A DNA stretch of 64,000 nucleotides from Camelus ferus (Eukaryota). A program made the translations under genes and the position numbers. Under the pieces are notes generated by a model. It had not been told where the DNA came from. It worked only from the letters and a program-made list of their open reading frames with translations, and ran no database searches. The stretch lies in NCBI RefSeq assembly GCF_009834535.1, contig NC_045696.1, positions 62,374,001 through 62,438,000 of the forward strand, given 5' to 3'. Below, piece by piece: positions 40,326 to 52,767 of this stretch (within the stretch, counting starts at the first letter, position 1; each line of letters begins with the position of its first letter).

Positions 40326-40584
40326 TAACAGAGCTAGGACCAGAACCCAGACCTCCTGCTTTCCAGGCCTGTGTTCCCTCCCCCATGCCATGTCAAGTTG
40401 CAGTTTTCACCAGTTTGGTTGCTTTCTTGATGTTCACCAGATGATTGGCATCATTCAGCTCTCACGTGGTTCCTGCTCCAAGTGATAAAGGAAGTGGCCA
40501 CAAGGGAGTAGGAAGGAGAGGAAAGAGGGCATCTGAATAAATCATGAAGTACACGCTGTCCCCACAAATAATGAGAATTAACAT

Positions 40585-40860
40585 TCGATCATCCAATAAC
40601 ATTTAGTAAACCCTTATTATGTGCCAAGCATTATGCAATTTACCAGGAACAAAAAGATGAACCTACCCCAAAGGATCTGACAGTCTCCAGAAGGGGACAG
40701 TGATGCTTAACATGGTGTGATGGGCCTGACAACAAAGTAACATGTGCTGTGAAGACACAAAGCAGAGAGTGTTGGAGGCTGCATAAAGTGGGCAGGAATT
40801 CAGGAAAACAACCAAAGAGTGGAAATTTTGCACTGAGTCCTAAAGAGTGAATAAGTGTCA
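40585..40860 (-). mobile_element. L2 fragment (antisense)
   Basis: CATCCAATAACATTTAGTAAACCCTTATTATGTGCCAAGCA...ATTTTGCACTGAGTCCTAAAGAGTGAATAAG. Confidence 0.7.
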
Positions 40861-43455
40861 TGGAAAACACATGAAAATTACAGTTGTGTTTCCCCCTCAT
40901 TTTAACTGACAAAAGAAAAATGACTTTAGAAGGGCACACAGGATGACTCTGGTAGTTGAAAGAACCGGTTATTAATAAATAGAGAAATTTCCATCAGGGA
41001 AACCTTTTTAAGATGGAATAGTTCTCTATTTCTTGCTACTAAAAGTCCATCAAAAAAATTTCATCTTCCTGAGGGTCTTATAGTGAAACCACTAAGGCAA
41101 TTACCCATATGATGAACAATCACCCAACTAAAGAATAACTTCCCTATGAAACCACAGGCCATCTCCTTGAAGATATGTGGTGTCAGGCAAAAGCAAGGTT
41201 TTACAGCAGGTGAAAGAATGAGGTAGCACTATGTGAATTGGTATAGAGAGATACCTTATTACATGAAAACAAGTTTCAGAACACTGGATATTATTGCTAT
41301 TACTGTTATTATGTTGGGATCTGTAGAGGAATGCCTAGAAGAATAAATACAAACGTAACAATCTCTGAGGTGTGGGATTATGAGAACCTTACACTTTCTG
41401 AGGCCCACATTTTGGTACCATTTTAATTGCTTATAATAATTTTGAATTAAAAATAAAGGCTTGTTTAGAACACAGTTCTGATTTGTTTTATGATGCTTAA
41501 AAACTTGTGCTTGGCCCTATTCCAGAAACATGTGAAGGGAGATTTTTTCCTATATCATTTGCCAACATTTACAGGAAAAAATAAACTAAGACCCAGAAAG
41601 ATTATGTGTGTTTTTTATTATTATTATTTGTTCAATCTCATGTTCTCTGTGACTCCTAGACTAATATCTTCAGCTCCACAGTTCTTGATTTAATGCTAAG
41701 GATTCAAAGATAAGATACATCACTCTTCAACTTACACATTTGGAAACTTTAGCTACATTGCTTAGTAGAAAACTGTGTAGCTATTTAGAGGGAAATATTC
41801 TTTTCATGAGGTTGATGAGAGGCTAATTGTGTATTTCTTCAGTGACAAGCAATTCTTGGGGACAAATGTGATGCAGGTAAATAAGGCTTAGAAACTTACA
41901 GACTAGGACTTTCCCCGGAAAACACTTCAAATAGAAGCCTCTAGAATATTACCTCTAGCTCCTTTTGCAAATCTTAGAGTACTCAGTAAATTCTTTCAAT
42001 AGGTAGGTCCCTTCCATTCAGCTTACAAGCAGTCACTAAGCACCTGTGATGTGCTCTAGCCAGATGGTACCGCAGTCAGCCTGTGAGACAAGTTCTCCAC
42101 ACCTGTGGGGCTTAGCGCCCAGTGAGGAAGACACAAGAAACAAGAGAAAACGTAAATATAGGATTCATTTCAGGTAAAGCTACAGTAAGGATATGAGGAA
42201 GCAGGTAAAACGACGGTGACAAGAGTCCTGTTTTCGAAAGGCCAGGAAGGCCTTTTAAAGGAAGTGACATTAGATCAGGGACCTGGAGGGAGGGAGGGAG
42301 ATAGGGAGCCATGCCGGGTTCTCAGGGGGAAGTGTGACAAGACTACAGCAAGGTCAGTGTCCTGACCAGGAAGAAGGATTCCTTCTTTTCCTAAAAAAGT
42401 AAAGCACATCCCAAAGAAAGGGCTCTCAACGTTTGATACATTAAGGTTTCACTGTTGCTGTTGTTTTAATGTTTAAAAGGCCTAGTGCTGTAAATTTCTA
42501 TTGCTTACAAATTTGAGAATGAATTTTATTTAGGAATATAAGTCTACTCCAAAAATACTGTCTTATCAATATGCCAGGAAAAATACCTCCTGCCTATCAC
42601 AAAGGGATAGAATCCAATTCCTTAGAGTCATTCCAAAGCTGTTCATTCCACCAAAAGAGACAAGATCCAATCCAAAGTACCTCTGGGCCTAAATCTGCGC
42701 GCACACACGCGTGCACACACACCCACACAAACACTCACCCTACTCTAGCCCCAAACAGAACAGGCTGCCTAGAATACGTAGCTGGGAGGGTCATCAAAGG
42801 CACGGACAGAGGAGCTGCAGAGGACCCCTTTGGCATTCTCAGCTTTTACCCAAACTATTAGAGAACTGGTGTCTCCCCTATGCACTCAGCTCTGATGGGG
42901 ACAGAAATGACAAGTCCGTCTTTCTCAACGGGGAGACTGAGGCTCAGAGTAGTGGGTGTTTTGCCCAGGATCACACAGAAAGCCAATTCCTAATTCTAAT
43001 TCCCAACTTTCACTCTGTTGCCTGAGTCACATTCCTGGCCAGGGACCACATGGGTGGAATTCATCCTCCATATTCAGGAAATGGGATTGTTGATTTTTTA
43101 TTTACACAAAAAATGGAAAATAAGTAGCAGATGTTTGAAAACATGTTGCAACTCATCTTACTGGAACTTGAAAGTGCATTTGGACTGAGAAAATTAAATT
43201 AGAAAATCCACATAGCAAAAAAGATGTTTTGAATGAAATACATTATGTCTTTCTCTCTCTCTCTCTCTCACACACACAGAAACAATATCTCCTTGTTTCT
43301 TCTTCAGGGAGCAGCTGGGAAGGAAATTGGGGGAGGGAGATGAACAGAACATCCCATCTTTGTGTTTCATACAGAGCTAAGCTTTTAGGCCAGCCTTCCT
43401 GAATGTAGGGGGTGTGGCATGCATTAAAATTAAACATCAGTGACCTGAGGAAGCT

Positions 43456-43462
43456 TATAAAA
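43456..43462 (+). promoter_or_regulatory. APOD: TATA box of APOD promoter
   Basis: TATAAAA about 30 nt upstream of a segment (CCAGTCACCAAGACAAGGCATCTC...CATCTTGATAAAAAAG) that resembles the human APOD first exon as recalled, and that ends in a splice donor. Confidence 0.8.
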
Positions 43463-43486
43463 TAGCTTGGGAAAAGCCAGTCACCA

Positions 43487-43539
43487 AGACAAGGCATCTC
43501 AGATTGGATGTGGAAATTGCTCTCATCTTGATAAAAAAG
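43487..43539 (+). other. APOD: APOD non-coding exon 1 (start approximate)
   Basis: Follows the TATA box and ends at AAG|GTATGT (GT at 43540-43541). Resembles the mammalian APOD 5'UTR. Confidence 0.8.
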
Positions 43540-45882
43540 GTATGTACTGTAGTTTTAATTTTCATTTATGATAAATAACACTTAAAATAGAGACAGTCTT
43601 GACTTTTCATTGCCCCTTTTCAGCTAAAAATAATAACTAACACGGCTGAGGGCCTTTGGCCAGTCGCTTTGGAGACGTGGACTCATTTTTCCACAAACAA
43701 TTTTACAAGGTAGATATTGTTAGAGTCATTTTTCCAATGAGGAAACCGAAGTTCAGACATTCGAAGCAACAGGCCTAAGGTAAGACCACCAACAAATGCC
43801 AGAGCTGGGGCGCCAACTCAGTGCTGGCACACCCCAAAGTCTTCTGCTCGCACTGTGCACCCCGCTCTATACTATCTGAGACGATGAGGAATTTTTTCAC
43901 ACACCAAGCCTGTGCTAGATGTATCCTCCAGGGATTGTTATCCTGTGTGCATCACAGTAAAATTGACCAAAAAGTGCACTGAAAGGCATTATGTGAAGAG
44001 AAAATGCATTTATCAATGTGACAAAAAAGTTTTCTTCAGGAGATATGTTTTCTTGTTAGATTCAATGGCGAAATGGGTTTTCAAGACCCGTTTGCTTGTG
44101 GAAATGTGTTTTATTTTATCATGTGAGATCGAAAAAGCCAGTCCTTCAGTTCTGCAGTGTCTTGCGAACAGCTGCACTAGCACGCAAGCGTGCGGAGTGC
44201 AGGGCCTTAGGAGGCCTGGCAGGAGCTCTCACGGGGAAGCAAACCTGCCAAGTGAACCTCAAGGAGCACAAAGAGGACTTCAGTGCAGGACCCTGCCAGA
44301 CAGGGTGTTTGGAGATTCAGCGCAAGGCACATGTCAGTGCTGAGGCCAGGACTTCTCCCCGGAAAACCTCAGTGAGTAAGAGCTGTGATTCACCGAGTCA
44401 GTTCTGGCTCAGGGTGGATGCAAAGAAACTTTAGTAGAATTATTTTTTACTTATTTAATATTCAGTTTAAATAATATTTAAATTACATTTTTTTTAAATA
44501 CTTAAACTCTCCTGGTGAGGACAATCTTCCCATTTGTATTAGAAGATGCAAAATTAAGTCCTGCATACCCAAGTTCATAGATACATGTTAATAATGTGAT
44601 TTACCCTTAGAAGGTGCTCAGTCAAGTGTTGGGTGAATTAGAATGCAAGGGGCACTGAGGAAAAAAAATTACGGATGCCATCAACCCTTTCTCTCAAAAA
44701 CAGTTTGAATCCTAGAGCTAAAACTAGTATAATAAAGAGGCATCTTTGGAAGAGATGCAAGCAAGGGGAATTTGTCTTGCTCTGAAGTCCTCCTACAGAG
44801 CTAAAGAACATGGTTCAGCCCACAATAGAACGTTTTGTAACAAGATATTTGTCAGAGTAAGAGGTGGAACTGACTTCTGGTGTAACTGTCTTGTGGTGAA
44901 ACGAGACATCAGGTATAGAGGTAGGTGTTTATTGAAGGCCACCGAAGGTGGTGCACAGAAGAAAGCGTGGCTCAGGGGTGCTGCAAAATGGAGAGTGGAG
45001 ATGAGCCCCGAGTCCCAGCTCTCTGTCCCGTCTGGGCCTCAGCTTCCCCATCTGTGCGCCTGTGGAAAAGGGTTGGATATGTTACCTCTAAGGTCCTATC
45101 CAGTTTGGGAGGCCCTGTAGACTGTGCATAATGTGTGGCCATCCTTTGAGGCTAGAACTCCTGGCCAAGGGACTGAACTTGGAGCCTAAGGGGGCCAAGA
45201 GTAGAACTTCAGTGGTTCTAAGAACTTCTTGGAAATGGTTGCAAATTTTGGCTGGATTTCTGCAAATTCACCATCCCCTCAAAGATGAAAAGACAGGTGG
45301 TGTTGACCTGGTGGTAGGGGCTGATGAAAAATGGAGCCTCAAAGGCTAAGAAAGGTGGCCCCACAGTAAGCTTGCTTGGTGGGGAGTACTCAGTGGCCAC
45401 GCCTCATCCCCTCCCTTCCCCACCTCAGATCAGCTTTGACTCATTATGTAACTATTCTTTTGAAAAACAGGCATCAAAACCTCCAGAAAAAGGGCTATTG
45501 ATTATTGAAGGTTATTTGGAGGCTTAGAGATTCATAAGAAACTGGTTATAATTACTCCTGTTATGACACATCCTTTTAAATGCTCAGATCTGAGAACATC
45601 TTGCTTGCATTGATTCAGCCCTCTTCATGGCAGGGAGAAAGGTAAAGAGCTGGAAATAGCTACAGGCAAGGAGTCACAAGAAGAGAACAGAGTGAGAGCA
45701 AGTCAGTGAAAGAAGCAGGGAGTAGCTGGGGCTCCGACCCTGCCCACTGCCCCTCCTCGAAGCAGCGTCTACAACCAAGGGCACTGAGCTCAAATGCTTG
45801 CTGCAGTTACAAATCAGCCTTCTCTGGTCCTTCTCCGGTGAGACGTACATCATCTATGAAAAATATCTGCAACAGAATGTCA

Positions 45883-45967
45883 AAAAAAAAAAAAAAAGAA
45901 GAAGAAGAAAGAAAGAAAGAAAGAGATGGAGAGAGGAGAGGAGGGAGGAAGGAAGGAAGGAAAGAAA
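45883..45967. repeat. Compound polypurine repeat A16/(GAA)n/(GAAA)n/(GGAA)n in APOD intron 1
   Basis: About 85 nt of almost pure purine. Confidence 0.93.
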
Positions 45968-46277
45968 CACAATCCTTTGTTTCTGCTTTTCATAATAGCA
46001 ATAACTAGCATTTGTTGAGCATTTTCTCTGTGTCAGACACTGCTCAAAATGCTCTCTTTGCTTTATCTCTTTAATCCTCATGAAACTTCATGAGGTTGGT
46101 ATGATTATCATTCCCAATTCATAGACAAGGAAATTAAGCATCAGTTGGACACAGTTATACTTAGCATGTGCAGAGCTAGACTTCAAACCTGGTCAGGGCG
46201 ACCCTGGAGTCCCCAGCACCCTGCTCCCTGTTAACCTTTCCAGGCCTGCTCTTGGGTTGAAAAACAGCCCAGCAAGA

Positions 46278-46326
46278 TGGGGGCAGGGTGGAGAGGTGGG
46301 GGCAGGGTGGAGAGGTGGGGTCAGGG
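46278..46326. repeat. 19-bp G-rich tandem repeat (about 2.6 copies)
   Basis: TGGGGGCAGGGTGGAGAGG at 46278-46296 and 46297-46315, then a partial TGGGGTCAGGG. Confidence 0.9.
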
Positions 46327-46872
46327 AGGCATGTCTCTGATGAACCTCCCAGGACACTAACCTTATGCATGATTTGTTTTCAGTTTGTTTTTTCTCTCAT
46401 GGTTCACTTGATGGCTTTAATCTCCCTCTTGGCCTGTGCCCCAACACACACACATTGTTTCTGTTCATTCAGCAAGTATGGACTGCGCCTGGCACCGCGA
46501 GGTTCTGTGGGTGAGTCCAGGGAGAATCAGACACAATGCCCATCCCTGAAAAATGCATAATGAGGTGTGTGGGGCAGGGGAGCTTGCAAAATAAATCCAA
46601 AAAAACTCGAATAGCAGGCAAAGTGTGCTCAACGGAGGTAGAAAATGTTCTAGAGAGGCTCACAGGGATGGAGGGCCTCACAGTGACATGGGTGATTCAG
46701 GGGGCCCTGTAGGATGAGAGGTTCAACAGGCTGAGTGGGAGGCCACCCACAGAGGGACCCGCCAGTCCAGAAGTCTTCCTCCCGGGACTCTGTGCCCTCG
46801 GGAGGCTCAGAACGCCTCCAGCTGCTCTGTTCTCTCCACTGCAGGTTCCACCCACAGCCACCCAGCCTCAGG

Positions 46873-46995
46873 ATGGTGCCGGCGCTGCTGCTGCTTTCGG
46901 CCCTGGCTGGCCTCTTCGGAGCGGCTGAGGGACAAGCCTTCCATCTCGGAAAATGCCCGACTCCTCCAGTGCAGGAGAATTTTGACGTGAATAAG
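46873..46995 (+). CDS. APOD: Apolipoprotein D, coding exon 2 (signal peptide + N-terminus; exon starts 46845)
   Basis: MVPALLLLSALAGLFGAAEG-QAFHLGKCPTPPVQENFDVNK. Acceptor TCTCTCCACTGCAG|46845, Kozak AGGATGG, donor AAG|GTGCGG. 123 nt, phase 0. Confidence 0.98.
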
Positions 46996-48339
46996 GTGCG
47001 GTCAGAGGCTCAACTCCCGCTTGTTTGGCTGTCTCCTGTTTGAATGTGCATCCCAACAGGTTCAGTTCTATTATTCTGCTTTGATGGCCACAGCAAGCCT
47101 CGGGGTAGCTACTTATCTTATTGGGGGCTCCCTTAGAGCAGACTCTGAGACAAGCGATGGGGAACACAGAGGTTTTAGAAGATGATCCCAGGAAGCATGA
47201 GGAGGCATGTGGGGAAACTGAGACAAAGAAGGCAGGAGAGCTGTAAAGGGTGAGCAGGTTACTCTGAACAACGGGGGTCAGTCCTGCTGGGGATGCTCTG
47301 AGGAAATGCAGAGCATGCGCCTCAGATTGTCTCGTGGATGGATGGTTGCAAGTGGGCCGTGGGAGCTCCCGTGGCACTGGCCCAGCTTCTGGCAGAGAAG
47401 GAGACACGGGGGCTGCAGGTGGGAAGCTGGCAGTGTGTATGGGAATTGCCCCCCGTGATGGACGTGAGCCCAGAGATGGGCCTCTGGGCAGACTTGGGGC
47501 ACGAATTACAGCAGCTGCTGCAGGGAAGAAGCCGAATGTCAGGGAGCTTGCAAACTATTCAGGTCACGCGGCCAATAAATGCAGAGTAGGATTCAAAACT
47601 AGGCTTCCCAGAAAAAATTTAAAAACGAAACAAAACTAGGCTTCCCAGAAGTACAGGACACCCACAGGTTACTCAAACAGGGCTTAGGAAAGGACAGAAC
47701 TGCCCCAAGGAACCTCCTTGTTACCCACACTAAAAGGGTATCAACATAATCGGCGCCTCCGTGTATGGCTTTCTTCCTTAGATCAGGCCCAACCTTACTG
47801 TGCACATGGATGGCTGGGGATGGGATGGGGCGGTGAACAGCAGAAAGAAGCAGCTATTGGATGACATGACTCAGAGGCTCCCATGGCTTCTAACTCATGC
47901 CTAGAATCTCCCCATTAAGACATCTTCTCTTTCACAGAAAGTTTGGATCTGTTTTAAGAAGTGACTTGTTATAAGTAACATTAAAGTTGTTATCAGTTAC
48001 TCACACCTCAGTGTGAATGAGTGTTGGGACCCCTTAGGGGATGGATTAGGTAGAGAGAAGAGAGCTCAGAACCTGAGAGGGGTGTGGAAGGAGCACCAGC
48101 AACAGAGAGCTGACATGGGATATGGTACCCTCAAGTCTACATTGACTTACTGCATTAATTATAAAGGGCTGATCCCTTTATCCGGGTAACCCTGGTGGTC
48201 TACAGGAGGCTTTCTAGAAAAGCTCCAGGGAATTTGAGTTACATTTCAGCTTGGGGGTAAAAATCCCAAGACACTTTGGAAATTATAATTGACCTGTCTT
48301 TACAAAAGTCGTTTGAGGAGTAAAGCAGAATGTTTAAAT

Positions 48340-50217
48340 GGTTTATTTAAGATATAATTCATATACTATGTAATTCACCTGTTTAAAGTGGTTTTCACTT
48401 TCAGAAATTTTTAGTATATTCATAGAGTTCTGAAACTCACCAATATCAATTTTAGAGTATTTTCTAAACATCATTTTGGAAAGAAACCCCATACCCATTA
48501 ACAGCCAATCTTCATTTCCCTCCAGCTTTCCCCGCCCCAGGCAACCAACTTTCTGTCTCTATAAATTTGCCTATTCTGGACAATTCATAGAAATGGAATC
48601 CAACAATATGTGGTCTTTTGTGATTAATTCCTTTTACTCAGCATAATGTTTTCCAAGTTCATTCATGTTGTGGTATGTATCAGTACTTCACTCCTCTTCA
48701 TTGCCAAATAATATTCTACTCTGTGGATTATGCCACATTTTACTTATCTGTTCATCATTTGGGTTATTTCCACTTTTTGACTATTAGGAATAATGCTACT
48801 ATAAGCATTCATGTATGGGTTTTTGTGTGTCTGTTTTCATGGGGTTTTTTGTAGACATGTATTTTCAGGTTTCCTGGGTATATACCTAGGAGTAGAATTG
48901 CTAGGTCACATTGTAACTCCATGTTTAACCTTTTGAGAAACTGCCAGACTGTTCCAAAAGAGCTGCACCATTTTACATTCCCACTGGCAGTGTATTATTC
49001 CAATTTATCTATGTCTTTGCCCATACTTGTTATTATCATCTTTTTATTATAGCCATTTTTAATGGGTATCTCATTGTGGCTTTGATTTGTATTTCCCTAA
49101 TGGTAATTATCTTGGGCATCTTTTCCTATGTTTATTGAACATTTGTTTGTCTTCTTTGAAGAAATGTCTTTTCAAATGCTTTGCCCATTTTTAATTGAGT
49201 TATTTATCTTTTAATTGTTGAGATAAGTGTTCTTTATATATTCTAGATAAAAGTCCCTTATCAGATACATGATTTGCAAATATTTTTTTACATTCTAAAG
49301 ATTGCCTTTTCACTTTATTGATGTGTCCTTTGAAGCATAAAATTTTTTAATATTAATGAAGTCCAATTTATCAATCTTTTTCTTTTGTTGTTTATGCTTT
49401 TGTTGTCATATCTAAAAAACCATTGCCTAGTCTAAGGTTACAAAGATTTACTCCTATATTTTCTTCCAACTGATTTGTAGTTGTAGTTCTTACATTTAAG
49501 TCTTTGATTTATTTTAAGTTAAATTTTGTATTAGTGTGATATAGGAGTCAAATGTCTTTCTTTGGCATGTGGATATCCAGTTGTTCAGGACTATTTGTTG
49601 AGAAGACTGTTCTTTCCCCATTGAACGGTCTTGACATCCTTATTGAAAATCAAATGACCATAGGTGTAAGTTTATTTTGGGATTCTCAATTCTCTTCTAT
49701 TGACCTATATGTCTATCCTTACACCAGCACTATACAGTCTTAATTATTGCAGCTTTGTAGTAAGTTTTTAAAATCAGAACATATGAGTTCTTCAACTTCG
49801 TTCTTTTGGCTACTCTGGGTCCTTTGTAATTCTATATAAAGTTTAGGATCAGTTTTTCTATTTCTGTGAAGAAGTTAATTGGAAATTTGACAGAGATTGT
49901 ATTGAATCTGTAGGTCAATTTGGAGAGTTTTGCCTTCTTAATTTTGTCTTCCAATCCATGGACATAGGGTATCTTTCCATTTACTTAGGTCTTCTTTAAT
50001 TTATTTCAACAATCTTTTATAGTTTTCAGAGTATGTTTTATGCTTCTTTGGTTAAATTTATTCATAAGAATTTGATTCCTTTGATGCTATTGTAAATGGA
50101 ACTTTCTTAAATTAGTTTGCAGATTGGTCATTGTAAGTATAGAAATACATTTGATTTCTGTATATTAATCTTGAATCCTTTAACCTTGCTAAATTCATTT
50201 GTTAGCTCTAATAGCTC

Positions 50218-50251
<34 letters not shown>

Positions 50252-50332
50252 TGTGTGTGTGTATTCCTTAGGATTTTCTATATACAAAATTATGGTATCT
50301 GTAAATAAAGACAGGTTTACTTCTTCCTTTCC
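48340..50332 (-). mobile_element. L1M (L1MB-like) fragment, antisense in APOD intron 2
   Basis: About 2 kb of T-rich L1 3'UTR/ORF2 antisense sequence (GATATAATTCATATACTATG, CATTCCCACTGGCAGTGTAT, TTTGTTGAGAAGACTGTTCTTTCCCCATTGAA). Confidence 0.92.
50218..50262. repeat. (TG)n microsatellite
   Basis: About 22 TG units with one TA interruption. Confidence 0.97.
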
Positions 50333-51069
50333 ATAATTATTTTTTTAAACATTGCATTCTCCTTATACAAATAGAGAAACTGAGATTCCAAAAGATGAAA
50401 AGAGCTTCACAAAAATAATATGAGATCATAAGGGAACATGACATGAAAAGCAATCTTCTACCTCTGAGTTTCCTCCTTTCTGGAAAATCATGCTTCCTTG
50501 GTTTTAACTGTGGAGAACTAATGTCACCTTGACAATAATAGAACTATTTAAAATACACTGTATAAAATGGAGTTTCTGAAGACGCCTATGAAACCAACTG
50601 ACTTTTAATCCTAGTCTTTGGTGCTTTAAATGAATGCTAAGTCCAGTGATTTTCATTGAAAGGTGTGCTTTAACAAATGAGTGGAAAATTTGTCATGAAC
50701 GTGGGCATATAGTTCAGCAGACAGCCATGTGACTGAAGCAACACTGCCACCTGTTTGCAGGATGCTCTCATTTCAAAGTCTGACATTTCGAAGGCGACTG
50801 AATCTCCCTGATTTTGTTTTGTTGAGTAATACATTTTTAAATTCCTAAAATAATTGTAATTAATATTTTGACTAGGTAAATATATTCACATGGTTCAAAA
50901 TTCTAAAGATGCACAAAAAGAAAAAAACATATAATGAAAACTTTCCCTCCTACCTCTATATCCCAGCCTCAGTTTCTCTCCCCAGTAGCAACCAGTACAA
51001 ACAGCTTATGGTGTATCTTTTGGGACATAATATGTCCATAATTTGTATGGAAACAAATATATATGTAAC

Positions 51070-51569
51070 TGTGATAGTCAAAATGATGTCCATGCCCTAC
51101 TCCCCAGAATCTGCAAATATGTTACTTTATATGGAAAAAGGGATTTTGAAGATGTGATTAAAGTTGTGGACCTTGAGATGGCAAGAGTAGCCTGGATTAT
51201 CCAGGTGGGTCCAACCTAATCATTAGTAGCAGAGAACCTTTCTCAGCTGAGGTCAGAGAGGTGTGGTGATGGAACAAGGGTCAGAGAGATGCAGTGTGAG
51301 AAGGATTTGACCTCTTCTGCTCGCTCTGAAGATGGAGGAAGGAATTCACAAACCAAGGAATGCAAATGGCCTCTAGAACTTGGAAAGGGCAAGAAGGCAG
51401 ATTCTCCTGTAGAGCCTCTAGAAGGGAACGTAGGTAGCCCTGCCAACACTTTGATTTTAGTCCAGTGAGACCTGCTTCAGACTTCCCCTGCACGAAACTG
51501 TGAGATCATAAATTTGTGGTGTTTTAAGCTTGTGGTAATTTGTTATAGCAGCAATAGAAAACTGATGTA
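51070..51569 (+). mobile_element. MLT1D-like MaLR solo LTR nested in an old L1ME fragment
   Basis: TGTGATAG...GATGTGATTAAAG...CCTTGAGATGG...AGCAGCAATAGAAAACTGATGTA. Near-perfect 5-bp TSD GTAAC/ATAAC. Confidence 0.88.
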
Positions 51570-52014
51570 ATAACCTTTTCCCCCATTTTTACATAAACGG
51601 TAACTTAATATACACACTATATTGCACCTGGCTCTTTTTCCATTAAATTTATCTTGGAGATAATTGCGTATCACTCTTTTAAAAGAGGGTGTGTAACATT
51701 CCATTGTATGGATGTGCCATCATTTATTTACCCAGTCCCTGCTCATGCTCACTCAGGCTGTTTCCTGCCTTTTATTATTGCAAATAGTACTTCAGTGAAT
51801 AACCTTACACATATATCACTTCTTATCCTCAGGAGTACACCTTCCCAGGTCAGAGTATATACAGTTTTAATTTTGCTAGATATTGCCAAGTTGCCCTCAT
51901 GAAGGTTGTAAACTGGAGCCATCTCTATGCAAAGCAATGTATGGAAGCATGAGCCTGCCCATCTCTCCTCACCCTCACCCACACAGACGCATACTTCCTT
52001 TAAAGTTGACTCTG

Positions 52015-52104
52015 GAGGGGAGGGTATAGCTCAGCAGTAGAGCACATGCTTAGCATGCACGAGGTCCTGAGTTCAATCCCCAGTACTTCCATTAAAACAA
52101 AAAA
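52015..52104 (+). mobile_element. tRNA-Ala(AGC)-derived SINE (camelid Vic-1 type), short form
   Basis: GGGGAGGGTATAGCTCAGCAGTAGAGCACATGCTTAGCATGCACGAGGTCCTGAGTTCAATCCCCAGTACTTCCA plus an A-tail. Perfect 13-bp TSD AAAGTTGACTCTG at 52002-52014 and 52105-52117. Confidence 0.92.
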
Positions 52105-52569
52105 AAAGTTGACTCTGTGCACTAAAGTTATGAACTGAGAGCAAGCTCCCAGGGAAAGAATAATACAGGTCTTCTAAATCCTGATCATCTGCCAAAAGCC
52201 TTTGTGACCAACTCCTTGAGGAGAATTCTACCAACCCTGGTGTCCCAGCTCCCCACATGATCATATCTGACTTTGCACATAATTCAAAGATGCCTTGTAG
52301 AATCATAAAACATTTGAGATGGCCCCTTACATCATCTTAAACCAATCCCTTCCTTTTACAGAGTTTAGAATTTCACATAGATTTTGACTGAAAGGGACAC
52401 TGAGAGCATATCTAAATAAAGAGCGCTTTAGGAATAGACTGTGGCATTCAACCGATGCCCACATATCCGATTCACTTATTCTCATTTGAATCAATTGTCT
52501 TCTTCAGTTGCTGCTGGGAACAAAGCAGCCCATTTTGCCTGGTTTCCCCAGGAAAGGGCTCTGCCCTGA

Positions 52570-52767
<198 letters not shown>

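Noticed and set aside
40795..40845. Minus-strand peptide GLSAKFPLFGCFPEF resembling STRA6L GLSYFPFFACLSSEF
   Set aside because: It lies inside a recognisable L2 fragment, so it is treated as coincidence. It shows that short motif matches can arise by chance here.
52017..52091. Functional tRNA-Ala gene (also about 56611-56686)
   Set aside because: The A-tail, TSDs, T-loop and stem mutations, and lack of an oligo-T terminator indicate SINE copies.
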